Shown here: positions 47,874-57,172 of the stretch, in pieces
Layout: each line of letters starts with the position of its first letter
Position numbering within the stretch: position 1 is the stretch's first letter
From: Planctomycetota bacterium
GTDB taxonomy: Bacteria; Planctomycetota; Phycisphaerae; SM23-33
Direction: 5' to 3'
Assembly: GCA_024275995.1 (NCBI GenBank)
Contig: JAJRYB010000044.1
Coordinates: forward strand, 13,041 to 77,040
Length of the DNA stretch: 64,000 nt
The notes under the pieces: model-generated
The model's input: the letters and a program-made list of their open reading frames with translations, nothing else
What the model was told of the DNA's origin: nothing
The model's database searches: none
Translations under genes and position numbers: made by a program

Positions 47874-49739
47874 ATGACCGATGAATCCCTCGACGTACTG
47901 AAGAGTAAAATGGACGCCGCGAGCTTCGAGAAACTCTCCGCACTGAATAATGACGAAGTCAACGCCTTCGTCGCCGAGGCGATAGAACTGTGCAGCCCGC
48001 AGCGCGTCGTCGTCTGCGACGACTCGCCGGAAGACGCTGCCTGGATTCGTCAGCAGGCGATAGACAACAAGGAGGAACGCCCCCTGGCGATCGAGGGGCA
48101 CACGGTCCACTTCGACGGGTACTTCGATCAAGCCCGCAAGAAGGACGTTACCAAGTACCTCGTGCCGGAGGGCGAACACCTGGATTCCAAGCTCAACCAG
48201 GTGGCCCGCGACGAGGGTCTGAAGGAAATGTGCGACCTTCAGCGAGACGCCTACGCCGGAAGGACCATGTACGTGCGTTTTTTCTGCCTGGGACCGACGA
48301 ATTCGATATTCGCGATTCCGTGCCTTCAGGTTACGGATTCAGCCTACGTCGCGCACAGCGAAGACCTGCTGTACCGCGGAGGATACGAACAGTTCAAGCG
48401 CCTTGGCGAAGGGGGCGAGTTCTTCAAGTATCGCCACGCCACCGGCGAGGTTGACGAGCGGATGATCTCTAAAAATCCGGACCTCAACCGCGTATACATG
48501 GACTACACGCGCAATACCGTGCTTTCCGTGAATACGCAGTACGCGGGTAATACCGTGGGCCTGAAAAAACTCTCGCTTCGCCTGGCGATTCGCAAGGCCG
48601 ATAACGAGGGATGGCTCGCCGAGCACATGTTCATCATGCGATGCAACGGTCCTCAAGGGCGGAAGACGTACTTCTGCGGCGCCTTCCCCAGCGCATGCGG
48701 AAAAACCGCCACCGCCATGCTTCCGGGCGAAAATATCGTCGGCGACGACCTGGCGTATTTCCGCGTCATAGACGGCCGGTTCCGCGCGGCGAACGTCGAG
48801 AACGGAATCTTCGGAATCATCGCCGACGTCAACGCCCAGGACGATCCGGAGATCTTCGACGTGCTTACCAGCCCAGGCGAGGTGGTCTTCTCGAACGTGC
48901 TCGTCAAGGACGGTAAACCCTACTGGATCGGGATGGGACAGGAGATTCCCTCCGAAGGCGAGAACTACTGTGGGAAGTGGGAAAAGGGCATGAAAGGCCC
49001 GGACGGTAAAGACACCACGCCCAGCCACAAGAACGCACGCTACACCGTGCGGATGAACGACCTGTCCAACAGGGACCCGGACTGGGATAATCCCAATGGC
49101 CTGCCGATCAGCGGGATTATCTACGGCGGACGGGACAGCGACACGCTCGTTCCCGTGCAGGAAGCGTTCAGCTGGGAGCACGGTATCTGCACGATGGGCG
49201 CCATGCTGGAAAGCGAAACCACGTCCGCGACGATCGGCGCCGAGGGCGTCCGCACGTTCAACGTGATGAGCAATATGGACTTCCTGTCGATGCCGATCGG
49301 AAAGTACATCCGGAACAACCTGGATTTCGCCGCGGACATCGACCGGCCCGATGTGTTCGGGACCAACTACTTCCTGAAGAAAGACGGGGTGTACCTCAAC
49401 GGAAAGCTGGACAAGAGCGTCTGGCTGAAGTGGATGGAACTTCGCGTCCACGGCGATGTCGAGGCGATCGACGTCCCGACCGGTCGGATCCCAAAATACG
49501 AAGATCTGCGCAAGCTGTTCGAGCAGGTGCTGGGCAAGGATTACACCGAGGCCGAGTACGTCGAACAGTTCACGATCCGTATTCCGCAGTGCCTGGCGAA
49601 ACTCGCCCGCATGGAAAAAATATACGCCACGGTTTCCGATACGCCCCCGGCTCTGACGCGCGAGCTGGTGGCACAGAAACAGCGCCTGGAAAAACTCCAG
49701 GCCGAGAAGGGCGATTACATTTCACCGCTGGATTTGTAA
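47874..49739 (+). CDS. pckG: Phosphoenolpyruvate carboxykinase (GTP)
   Basis: QYAGNTVGLKK, WLAEHM, GAFPSACGKT, VGDDLAY, HKNARYT, YGGRD. Confidence 0.95.
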   Translation: MTDESLDVLKSKMDAASFEKLSALNNDEVNAFVAEAIELCSPQRVVVCDDSPEDAAWIRQQAIDNKEERPLAIEGHTVHFDGYFDQARKKDVTKYLVPEGEHLDSKLNQVARDEGLKEMCDLQRDAYAGRTMYVRFFCLGPTNSIFAIPCLQVTDSAYVAHSEDLLYRGGYEQFKRLGEGGEFFKYRHATGEVDERMISKNPDLNRVYMDYTRNTVLSVNTQYAGNTVGLKKLSLRLAIRKADNEGWLAEHMFIMRCNGPQGRKTYFCGAFPSACGKTATAMLPGENIVGDDLAYFRVIDGRFRAANVENGIFGIIADVNAQDDPEIFDVLTSPGEVVFSNVLVKDGKPYWIGMGQEIPSEGENYCGKWEKGMKGPDGKDTTPSHKNARYTVRMNDLSNRDPDWDNPNGLPISGIIYGGRDSDTLVPVQEAFSWEHGICTMGAMLESETTSATIGAEGVRTFNVMSNMDFLSMPIGKYIRNNLDFAADIDRPDVFGTNYFLKKDGVYLNGKLDKSVWLKWMELRVHGDVEAIDVPTGRIPKYEDLRKLFEQVLGKDYTEAEYVEQFTIRIPQCLAKLARMEKIYATVSDTPPALTRELVAQKQRLEKLQAEKGDYISPLDL

Positions 49740-50003
49740 AAAGAAACAGCGTAAAGGTAAATAGCCGAACGGCAAGCCGCATTGCAACTCGTGCCATTAT
49801 CCGGACGTTGCGCCAATTGCCTTAAAACGGCGCGCCGAATATTCGTCCATAGCTTACATCTCGGCTTGCCGATCGGCTGTGTTTACCGGTTTTTTGCCGG
49901 TTTGTAAGTCCTGGCGTCCCCGAATTATCCCTCACGGCTCGATTTGTCCCTGCCGGGATTTTTTTTTGCGCACACCCCTGATACATTATTTTATAGAATT
50001 CCC

Positions 50004-50041
50004 TTGACATATCATGACAACGCACGCCATAATACGTCATG
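50004..50041 (+). promoter_or_regulatory. Promoter (TTGACA-18-CATAAT) overlapped by direct and inverted repeats
   Basis: TGACA at 50005 and 50015 (10-bp period); CATGAC-N17-GTCATG at 50013-50041. Confidence 0.5.
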
Positions 50042-50091
50042 TAGGTACATGCAGCGACAAGAATACTATTTGCCGCTATCGGGAGCATTTT

Positions 50092-50817
50092 ATGCCGATA
50101 TCCAGGCCAAATACCGACAAGCCTGCGTCCGCATTGTTTACCCTGGAGGAGCTTGCGACCCACCTGAAAGTCTCTCCGCGAACTATTCAGAGGATGGTGC
50201 AGGCAGAGGAGATCCCCGCGATAAAAATCGGGGGGCAGTGGCGATTCCTGCAGAACGTCATAGCCGACTGGCTTGCAATTCGAACCCAGCTGTCCGGAAA
50301 GGACAGTCTGACGCAGATGATAGCTACCGCCCCGAAGATCGTACCTCTCAGCCGGCTGATTACTCCAGAGCGAATTGTCCTTGGCATTGCCCCGGGGTCG
50401 AAACGCGACGTGCTGGCTCCTATCGTCGATACACTGGTAAACTCGGGGATCGTGGAGGATCGGGAAGCTTACATCCAGCGGCTTCTTGCGAGAGAGGAGA
50501 TGGTGACCACGGCAGTAGGAGCGGGGGTTGCGTTCCCGCATGTTCGTGAACCCGAGCAGACGGCAGTGGTGCGGCCGTGCATCGCTATCGGGATATGTCC
50601 CGACGGGACGGATTTCCAGTCGCTCGACGATGAACCCACCTACGTCTTCACAATCTGCTGCAGTGCGTCGGAAGTCGTTCACTTGCGGTTGCTGGCGAAG
50701 CTGTCTCTGCTTTTCCGGCAGCAGCATGTCGTACCGGCGATGCGAGCGGCAGTGGACAGCCGGGACGTGATGCGTCTTCTCATTAAAGCGGACTCCGATC
50801 TGACAGCGTCGTTCTGA
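50092..50817 (+). CDS. Excisionase-like HTH + PTS EIIA (Ntr/Fru-type) protein
   Basis: TLEELATHLKVSPRTIQRM...PAIKIGGQWRF; REEMVTTAVGAGVAFPH; DFQSLDDEP. Confidence 0.88.
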   Translation: MPISRPNTDKPASALFTLEELATHLKVSPRTIQRMVQAEEIPAIKIGGQWRFLQNVIADWLAIRTQLSGKDSLTQMIATAPKIVPLSRLITPERIVLGIAPGSKRDVLAPIVDTLVNSGIVEDREAYIQRLLAREEMVTTAVGAGVAFPHVREPEQTAVVRPCIAIGICPDGTDFQSLDDEPTYVFTICCSASEVVHLRLLAKLSLLFRQQHVVPAMRAAVDSRDVMRLLIKADSDLTASF

Positions 50818-50845
50818 CACTTCTCCAGCAAAGGAACGAATCCCA

Positions 50846-51658
50846 ATGAAACTGACTGAAACAATCCGAACGGAATGCCTGAAGCCGAGGATGACCTTGC
50901 GGAACAAAGCGGACGCCCTGGCTGCGGTTGCGGCCGCAGCCAAGCAGTGCCGGGTCCTGGATGGCGTATCCGAGGAGGAAATATTGCGCAGGCTCAGGGA
51001 GCGGGAGTCCCTGTGCAGCACGGGCCTGGGCGATGGCGTGGCGATCCCTCACTGCAGGCTTCCAGGCATCGAGGAATTTGTTGTCGGAATGATCACTGTC
51101 GATAAGGGGATCGATTTCGATGCCGCCGACGGAAAGAAGGTGCGCATCATCGCCTTTATCATCGGTCCGGAGTCGGACACCTCCGACCACCCGCGGATTC
51201 TGTCCGGGCTTTCGCTCAGGCTGAGCACGCCGGCACAACGTGAGCAACTGATTGCGGAAACCACTCCGGAAGGCATGTTCAACGCGATGAAGTTCGTGCC
51301 CCCAAGGGACGTGAACACGAAGGAACACACCGAAAAGCGACTCGTCCAGATCGTCGTTCAGGAGGAAAACCTATTTTATCGCATTCTCGAGGCCATCGAA
51401 AGTCTCGAGGGCACGGCGGCTACGGTTCTTGAAAGCAGAAACACGAGCGAGTACCTGACGAAGCTCCCCGTCTTCGCCAGTTTCCTTACGGACAGCAAGA
51501 GCCGGTTCTGCCGGGTGGTTATCGCCACGGTGCCCAAATCCCTCACGAACGAAATCCTTCGTCGCATCGAGGTCGTCTCGGGGGGAATTGCGGGCCGGAG
51601 CGATATTCTGGTGATTGTCCAGGACGTATTCCTGGCCGTTGGCGCATTGAGCATTTAA
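50846..51658 (+). CDS. PTS EIIA domain fused to a P-II-like C-terminal domain
   Basis: RESLCSTGLGDGVAIPH, DFDAADGKKV; C-terminal LVQIVV..E...I...GTAATVLES...PVFASF...VVIATV. Confidence 0.78.
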   Translation: MKLTETIRTECLKPRMTLRNKADALAAVAAAAKQCRVLDGVSEEEILRRLRERESLCSTGLGDGVAIPHCRLPGIEEFVVGMITVDKGIDFDAADGKKVRIIAFIIGPESDTSDHPRILSGLSLRLSTPAQREQLIAETTPEGMFNAMKFVPPRDVNTKEHTEKRLVQIVVQEENLFYRILEAIESLEGTAATVLESRNTSEYLTKLPVFASFLTDSKSRFCRVVIATVPKSLTNEILRRIEVVSGGIAGRSDILVIVQDVFLAVGALSI

Positions 51659-51678
51659 ATCGGCATGGAGATCATACA

Positions 51679-52917
51679 ATGAGTGCTCAGGCGATACTGA
51701 TTTGTGCTGCGGGCCTGTCCGCCGGGCTGGGTCTCTATGCGGGTAAACTCGCCAGGCGGTTTCGCCTGCCGTCCCTTATCGGCTACATGCTCCTGGGTGT
51801 AACCCTTGGCGTCTCCGGGTTGCGGCTGTTGGATGGTCAGGCTTTGGAGAGTATGGCCTTCATCACTAAAGTGGCGCTTGGTTTCGTCGCATTCGCCATC
51901 GGATCGGAACTGAGCTTTGCATGGCTGAAAAAGCAGGGCGTCGGCGTTATCGCCATCATCCTGACCGAGTCCTTCGGAGCGTTCCTGGTCGTCTTTGCGG
52001 GGGTGTATTTTCTGACGGGCAACCTTCCAATGGCGATTATGTTTGCCGCCGTAGCGCCGGCAAGCGCCCCGGCGGGGACGGTCTCGGTCATCCAGGAATA
52101 CAGGGCCAAGGGCCCGCTCACCAGGATACTGTACGCCGTGGTCGGGTTTGACGACGCGCTGGCGATTTTCATCTATGCCTTCGCCGCAGCCATTGCCAGA
52201 AGCCTTCTAGCCGCGGATGCGGGTTTGGCCGGTGGAGGCGGGAGCGAACTGCTTTTGGTCGCAGGTAAGGAAATCGGCGTGAGCCTTTTGATAGGTCTTG
52301 GTTGCGGTTTCCTGTATAACGCATTGGCGCCGCGGCTGACCAAGCCTGCCGAGGTGTTAGTCCTGACATTCGGCATTGTGGGGGTCGGTGTCGGGCTGGC
52401 GGAAATGTTCCATGGATCGCTGATCCTGTCGAACATGATCGTCGGACTCATCCTGGCCAACACTCGCAGCGAGGACACCGTCCGCCGCGTGACGTCTCCT
52501 CTCGGTGGGATAATGCCTTTGATATTTGTCCTGTTCTTCTGCCTGGCGGGGGCTCACCTGGACGTCTCGATGCTTTCCCGGATCGGGCTTGTCGGCGTGG
52601 TCTACGTTGTGTGCCGGTCCGTAGGGTTGGTAGGTGGTTCCTGGCTTGGCGCGTCTATCGGAAAGATGGACAGGAAGATCAGGAACAACGTCGGGCTTGG
52701 CATCCTCTCCCAGGCCGGCGTCGCGATAGGTTTGGCGCTCGTTGCCAAGGAACAATTCGATGCCATGGGTATACCGGAAGCCGGCAGGATTGGAAGCGAA
52801 CTCATTGTCGCCATTACCGCCACAAGCATTATCTTCGAAGTCGTAGGACCGATATTGACCAAGATCGCCCTGTCCAGAACCGGTGAAATCAACCGCGACG
52901 AAACCCTCGTACGCTGA
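51679..52917 (+). CDS. Cation:proton antiporter (Na+/H+ exchanger superfamily)
   Basis: About 12 TM; LPSLIGY, FAIGSEL, ASAPAGT, GFDDA, FFCLAGA.L, LSQAGVAIGL. Confidence 0.9.
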   Translation: MSAQAILICAAGLSAGLGLYAGKLARRFRLPSLIGYMLLGVTLGVSGLRLLDGQALESMAFITKVALGFVAFAIGSELSFAWLKKQGVGVIAIILTESFGAFLVVFAGVYFLTGNLPMAIMFAAVAPASAPAGTVSVIQEYRAKGPLTRILYAVVGFDDALAIFIYAFAAAIARSLLAADAGLAGGGGSELLLVAGKEIGVSLLIGLGCGFLYNALAPRLTKPAEVLVLTFGIVGVGVGLAEMFHGSLILSNMIVGLILANTRSEDTVRRVTSPLGGIMPLIFVLFFCLAGAHLDVSMLSRIGLVGVVYVVCRSVGLVGGSWLGASIGKMDRKIRNNVGLGILSQAGVAIGLALVAKEQFDAMGIPEAGRIGSELIVAITATSIIFEVVGPILTKIALSRTGEINRDETLVR

Positions 52918-53068
52918 GCGCGACGCGACCGCCGAAGGGGCAAGGGAATGGTTTATGCCCGATACCCAATGGAGGCGCCCGGTCTTGCCTGGGCGGCGCT
53001 ATGAACGCATCATTCCAAAGGTCGTGACGCAATATCGACAGAAAGCGAGTTTTGCTGAAGTTATTTCT

Positions 53069-53430
53069 TTACGAGTCCATTAGTCGCTTCATCACACTGA
53101 AGTAATCTCTATCATTAGCAGAAGGAGCATTCCCCTGATGTCCAACGGTTACAACATGTCCCCAGCCATATGGCTTTTCATGCCCAAGATACATCTTCAT
53201 CCAGGGACAGTAATTTTCGAAACATTCTTTTAACCAAGCATCAATTGGACTCTGATCCATTGAACAGATAAAATCATAATGGTAATAGTTCATAGCCGCC
53301 ATTAATAAACTTGCATTATATGAGCCATTCCGAAACCAGTGGTCATGAAAGCCGCCGATTAAAACCTGCTTGTTCCCGATGCTTATCAGTCTTCAATACC
53401 TTTTTGATAACGTTTTGAAAACGATAGCAT
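53069..53430 (-). pseudogene. Frameshifted, truncated gene fragment, possibly a PHP-like metallohydrolase N-terminus
   Basis: ATG 53430 gives MLSFSKRYQKGIED then TGA (53388-53386); an overlapping frame continues ISIGNKQVLIGGFHDHW...YDFICSMD and stops at the GC boundary. Confidence 0.3.
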
Positions 53431-53481
53431 ATTCTTATGCGTATCCTGTTTTCAAGTTTCAGGTGCAACTTATATTAAAGG

Positions 53482-56400
53482 TTAATTTTTACCGGGAATA
53501 CTTTTCAGTTTTATGAACATGTTTCCCAGCAGTTGTTTTGCTTTTTCCGGTTCAATTTTCGGTAAAATAATATAGACCAAATCCCGGCCAACCAGAAAAC
53601 GATTATTTTTTACCGGAACCTGGTTGCCATAAAGATTAAATACTTTCACATTGGTAATTGTTTTCGGTAAGGTAATCTCCACGGGGCCTGCATAATTCAC
53701 ATCTTTGGTCCATAAAGCAATAAGCGTCAATGGCATTTTGGATAATGATTTTGGTGGATAAGAACCCTTCGGGATATCAAAAAGGTAAGCGACATAATCA
53801 GTACTGGTTTTGAGTTTCCCAACAGGTTTTGCGTTGTTAAGCAGAGTTGCCATAGTATGGATAGCCGCAAGCCCGAGGCTGGGAGCCATGTTGCTGTCGC
53901 GGAACAATTCGTGATGACGGAAATAGGAGGCACAATTTTCTCCGAGAGCTCTGACATACATCCGGGCTAGATTATTGGCTTCATTTTTCTCCTGTCTGCT
54001 GCTGTAGTCAATCATAGGGGGACCAGATTCCCGAAATTCTTCGGTAAGGGCTATTCTGTACTTGCTGCCGATCTTTTTCAGGTCTTCCTGAGCTATTTTC
54101 AAATTCTTAGGGAAACCTCCATAAAAGGGGTTGCTGAGTCCGAAGCGGTAAGGATGATATGAGAATTGATCAAAATATGCATTTCCTTCCGAGATGGTTT
54201 TATTCCATATTGGTGTTCTGAAAGCATTCACCAGGCTGCCCCCTATAATAACAGCATCGGGAGCGATCTTTCGAATAATCGGAGAAGTTCTTTTTAGAAT
54301 TTTCAGATATTCCTCCGCGTTTAGATAAGTGTTCGGCTCATTGCAGATTTCCCAATATTTAACTTTTCCTTTATATTTTTTTACCAGAGCTGCTACCCAT
54401 GCTTCCCAGAGCTTGAACTGTTTTTCGGTCAGGCGCCCTTTGTCCAGATCATTTACCTGAATTTGTCCGTTAATCATCTCTCCCAGATTTCCGGGACCGG
54501 GAGCTAATGCCAGTTTTCCGGTAAAAAGTTTAGAGTTCTGGAGAGTCCACAACCACTCAATTCCTGCCTCATTGGCAGCGTCAACCATTTTTTCCACCCA
54601 AGGTTCTTCGCAAGCCGATTTCATCCGTTCAATATTCAGATAATAGTGCCATGTCCCAATTCCGAGATCTGCGGCTGTTTTATATTTCTTTTTAAGATCC
54701 TCTAATTCGGCTGGATTTCTCATACTGGGAATTGGATTGACACCGAAAAAATCTTTATTTCTTCCTGCGGGAGCGGGTTGCCCGATAATCAGACGATAGA
54801 TACCGTTGGCAACAACATGCGAATTCTCAAATATTTTTATTCTCAACAGCGCTGCACCTGTCAAAGTTCCGGGCAAAGGAATTACAATATACTTTGTTTC
54901 TTGATTGATTGTCAGTTTGAGATTCTTAGTTTTAGCAAATTGTCCATTGGGGGTGGCAAATGAGTATTCAACCTTTAAATCATGTGATTGAATTCCTAAG
55001 CTGGTTACGGCAATCTTAATTTTTTTCCCACTCACCAGTGATCCTGGAATTTCTTTGGCAAGATCGACAGTGATTTCAGATTTTGAATTACTGGTGTCCG
55101 TATGCTGACTCAGAACAACATCATCGACCCAAACTCTGCCAGCGCCTCGTACCTGAAATGTGGCGGCAACAATATTGGGATAATAGTCTTCCGGTTTCAG
55201 AGTAGCCTTGTAATCCTTCCATTGATCAGTAATATTGAATCCAGCACTTGCACTGTATGAACCATAGTGCCAGCTGGGGACCAGTAATGAGGCATTTATA
55301 AATACGGATTTATTTTTATTCGTTGTGTCGGAACTTTTTGCTCTGAATGACAACGTCACCGGATAGCCTCGGTCAATTCTTACAAAGTTGCTGCTTACTC
55401 TAGGTTGAATTTGATCTTTTGGGGGGAAGTGAAAGATTTCCAGGCATTTCCTTCCTGTTTGACCGGGAGTTGAAACAATTCTCCAGCCAGCCTGACCGGG
55501 CTTGAAAGGTTGCCATGCTGAACCACTCCAACCATTCCAGCCATTTTCAAATCCCTGATTGATAACTAGATTGTTATTTTTCAATGCCAGGTTAACCGGG
55601 TATTTGTTAATTACTTTTCCTGCCCCGATTATCCCTGTTTTTGTGGCACAGGGACTGTTTTTTGTGATATCCATAAAGTATGGTGAGTCCGGGTCAAAAC
55701 TGATAATTCCGGGATCTTCATATAGATCATTTGGGGTGAATTTCAAGCCCTTATAATAATCAATACCCTCTTTTTTCTGTGCAACCCTTCCAAGCCAGGT
55801 AACTTTTCCCAGATTCCAAAGGCAATTTTCTTTTACATTTTCCGCTTTCAGATTTACATCCTTAGTGACATTAATTCCAGATCGGCAGCGGGTGATTATA
55901 TTCTTTTCTATTCTGAAATCGGCTCCGGTTTTATCAAAAATACTTATTCCTGCACGTGATGACAATGCAATTGTATTGTTATGGACATAGTAGTTGTTCC
56001 CTTTACCTAACGAAATGGGAGAAGTTGTCCAGGCACCATGAAAATCATAAAATTGATTGCCGGCAATTTCCACATTGTCAGAATATCTGACGCTTAGACC
56101 TTGTCGTCCTTCATGAATTCTAGAGTTGAGAATTTTGATCCCTGAAGACTGCCAGATTAATACACAGTTTCTTCTGATATCAAAACCGTCGAAAACAACA
56201 TTATGAACATTATTTAACGATAATGCGTAAGCCAGATGCCGTCCATCAAGCACTGGCATGTCACCAAGGTGGCTTTTTACACCGCCTTTTGGGGGGGATT
56301 TTGAATTTACTTCAACGTTGGCAGTGAAAATTACTGGATTTTCTACTGTTCCTCCGGAAGTTATTGAAACTGCATACTTATGAAGGCCTTTTTCTTCAGG

Positions 56401-56823
56401 CCAATTGTTCAATGCATAATAAACGCCGGGATGAACAATGACCGTATCCCCTGCCTGTGGAGGCCGCCAATTACTGCTGACAATGGTTCCGTTTCTGGCC
56501 TTAGGCGTTCCTTTACATCCTGTCAGAGTAAAGTTGGTTCGTCCTGTATATTGAACTTCTACTTTGCCGATCATGGCCGTGCCTTTCATGGGAAACTGCA
56601 CTGCCCTCGCGACTTTGATTTCTGTCTGGCCTTCTTTTATTGCTTCAATCAGGCGAGTCGGTTGACCTCGGTCAATGGTGCGCCATGCATCCTGGGGAGT
56701 ATTTTTCAAACCGGAATTATTGTTGTTTCCATCCGGTCTGACATGGAAAGTTGCAGCAAATATGGTTGAATTTATTAATGATATTCCTATTATCAGGCCC
56801 AATAGTGAAGCTTTATTATTCAT
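53482..56823 (-). CDS. Secreted modular carbohydrate-active protein: parallel beta-helix + CBM-like + clan-A glycoside hydrolase
   Basis: Signal peptide; FHVRPDGNNNNSG..AWRTI and AGDTVIVHPGVY; beta-helix repeats; NQGFENG..VWVDDVVL; WEICNEPN, FSYHPY, IALTEE. Confidence 0.78.
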   Translation of the reverse strand: MNNKASLLGLIIGISLINSTIFAATFHVRPDGNNNNSGLKNTPQDAWRTIDRGQPTRLIEAIKEGQTEIKVARAVQFPMKGTAMIGKVEVQYTGRTNFTLTGCKGTPKARNGTIVSSNWRPPQAGDTVIVHPGVYYALNNWPEEKGLHKYAVSITSGGTVENPVIFTANVEVNSKSPPKGGVKSHLGDMPVLDGRHLAYALSLNNVHNVVFDGFDIRRNCVLIWQSSGIKILNSRIHEGRQGLSVRYSDNVEIAGNQFYDFHGAWTTSPISLGKGNNYYVHNNTIALSSRAGISIFDKTGADFRIEKNIITRCRSGINVTKDVNLKAENVKENCLWNLGKVTWLGRVAQKKEGIDYYKGLKFTPNDLYEDPGIISFDPDSPYFMDITKNSPCATKTGIIGAGKVINKYPVNLALKNNNLVINQGFENGWNGWSGSAWQPFKPGQAGWRIVSTPGQTGRKCLEIFHFPPKDQIQPRVSSNFVRIDRGYPVTLSFRAKSSDTTNKNKSVFINASLLVPSWHYGSYSASAGFNITDQWKDYKATLKPEDYYPNIVAATFQVRGAGRVWVDDVVLSQHTDTSNSKSEITVDLAKEIPGSLVSGKKIKIAVTSLGIQSHDLKVEYSFATPNGQFAKTKNLKLTINQETKYIVIPLPGTLTGAALLRIKIFENSHVVANGIYRLIIGQPAPAGRNKDFFGVNPIPSMRNPAELEDLKKKYKTAADLGIGTWHYYLNIERMKSACEEPWVEKMVDAANEAGIEWLWTLQNSKLFTGKLALAPGPGNLGEMINGQIQVNDLDKGRLTEKQFKLWEAWVAALVKKYKGKVKYWEICNEPNTYLNAEEYLKILKRTSPIIRKIAPDAVIIGGSLVNAFRTPIWNKTISEGNAYFDQFSYHPYRFGLSNPFYGGFPKNLKIAQEDLKKIGSKYRIALTEEFRESGPPMIDYSSRQEKNEANNLARMYVRALGENCASYFRHHELFRDSNMAPSLGLAAIHTMATLLNNAKPVGKLKTSTDYVAYLFDIPKGSYPPKSLSKMPLTLIALWTKDVNYAGPVEITLPKTITNVKVFNLYGNQVPVKNNRFLVGRDLVYIILPKIEPEKAKQLLGNMFIKLKSIPGKN

Positions 56824-56903
56824 AGATCTTATTTCCTTAATGGATTTTATAAAACAATTTTACACTGGAGCCAATTGCAAAAGTCTTTGACTCATTTTAG
56901 TTA

Positions 56904-57172
56904 GGGTTTGCTGAATAAGCTATTCTTTCGCGGTTTGGTTTTTCGGTGGGTTATCGTGGCCGGGATTCAGGCTGCTATTTTCATGGATAGCGTATTGGGA
57001 TGTTGATTTCGGCTTGCCTTGGCGGGCGCAGAGAGTATAAGGCAGGATAAGGTCCAGAGTGAATCGCCGCTTGCCCTGGCCAAGCTTGCCCTCAATCGGA
57101 ATCCGATCTGTCTCGTCCTGCCTAGCAAGTTTCCGCTGTTCTTTCAACACCTCGGCATTGGTTTCTGCTGCC
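56904..57172 (-). mobile_element. IS5-family remnant: transposase C-terminal fragment plus probable right terminal repeat
   Basis: RQDETDRIPIEGKLGQGKRRFTLDLI resembles the IS5 DDE C-terminal motif; end GGTTTGCTGAATAAG preceded by TTAG/TAG. No left end seen. Confidence 0.65.

Noticed and set aside
285-49500. Many long antisense or alternate-frame ORFs (e.g. 893-2596, 11013-12788, 23350-24690, 40751-42076)
   Set aside because: They overlap well-supported genes, lack motifs and are expected in high-GC coding DNA.
50092-50300. Excisionase-like HTH as evidence of a prophage or ICE
   Set aside because: It is fused to a PTS EIIA domain, and no integrase, att site or phage genes are nearby.
53047-53070. 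tttgctgaa at the GC boundary matching part of the IS end at 56907-56915
   Set aside because: Only 9 bp, in direct orientation, lacking the terminal GG; compatible with chance, so no composite transposon is called.
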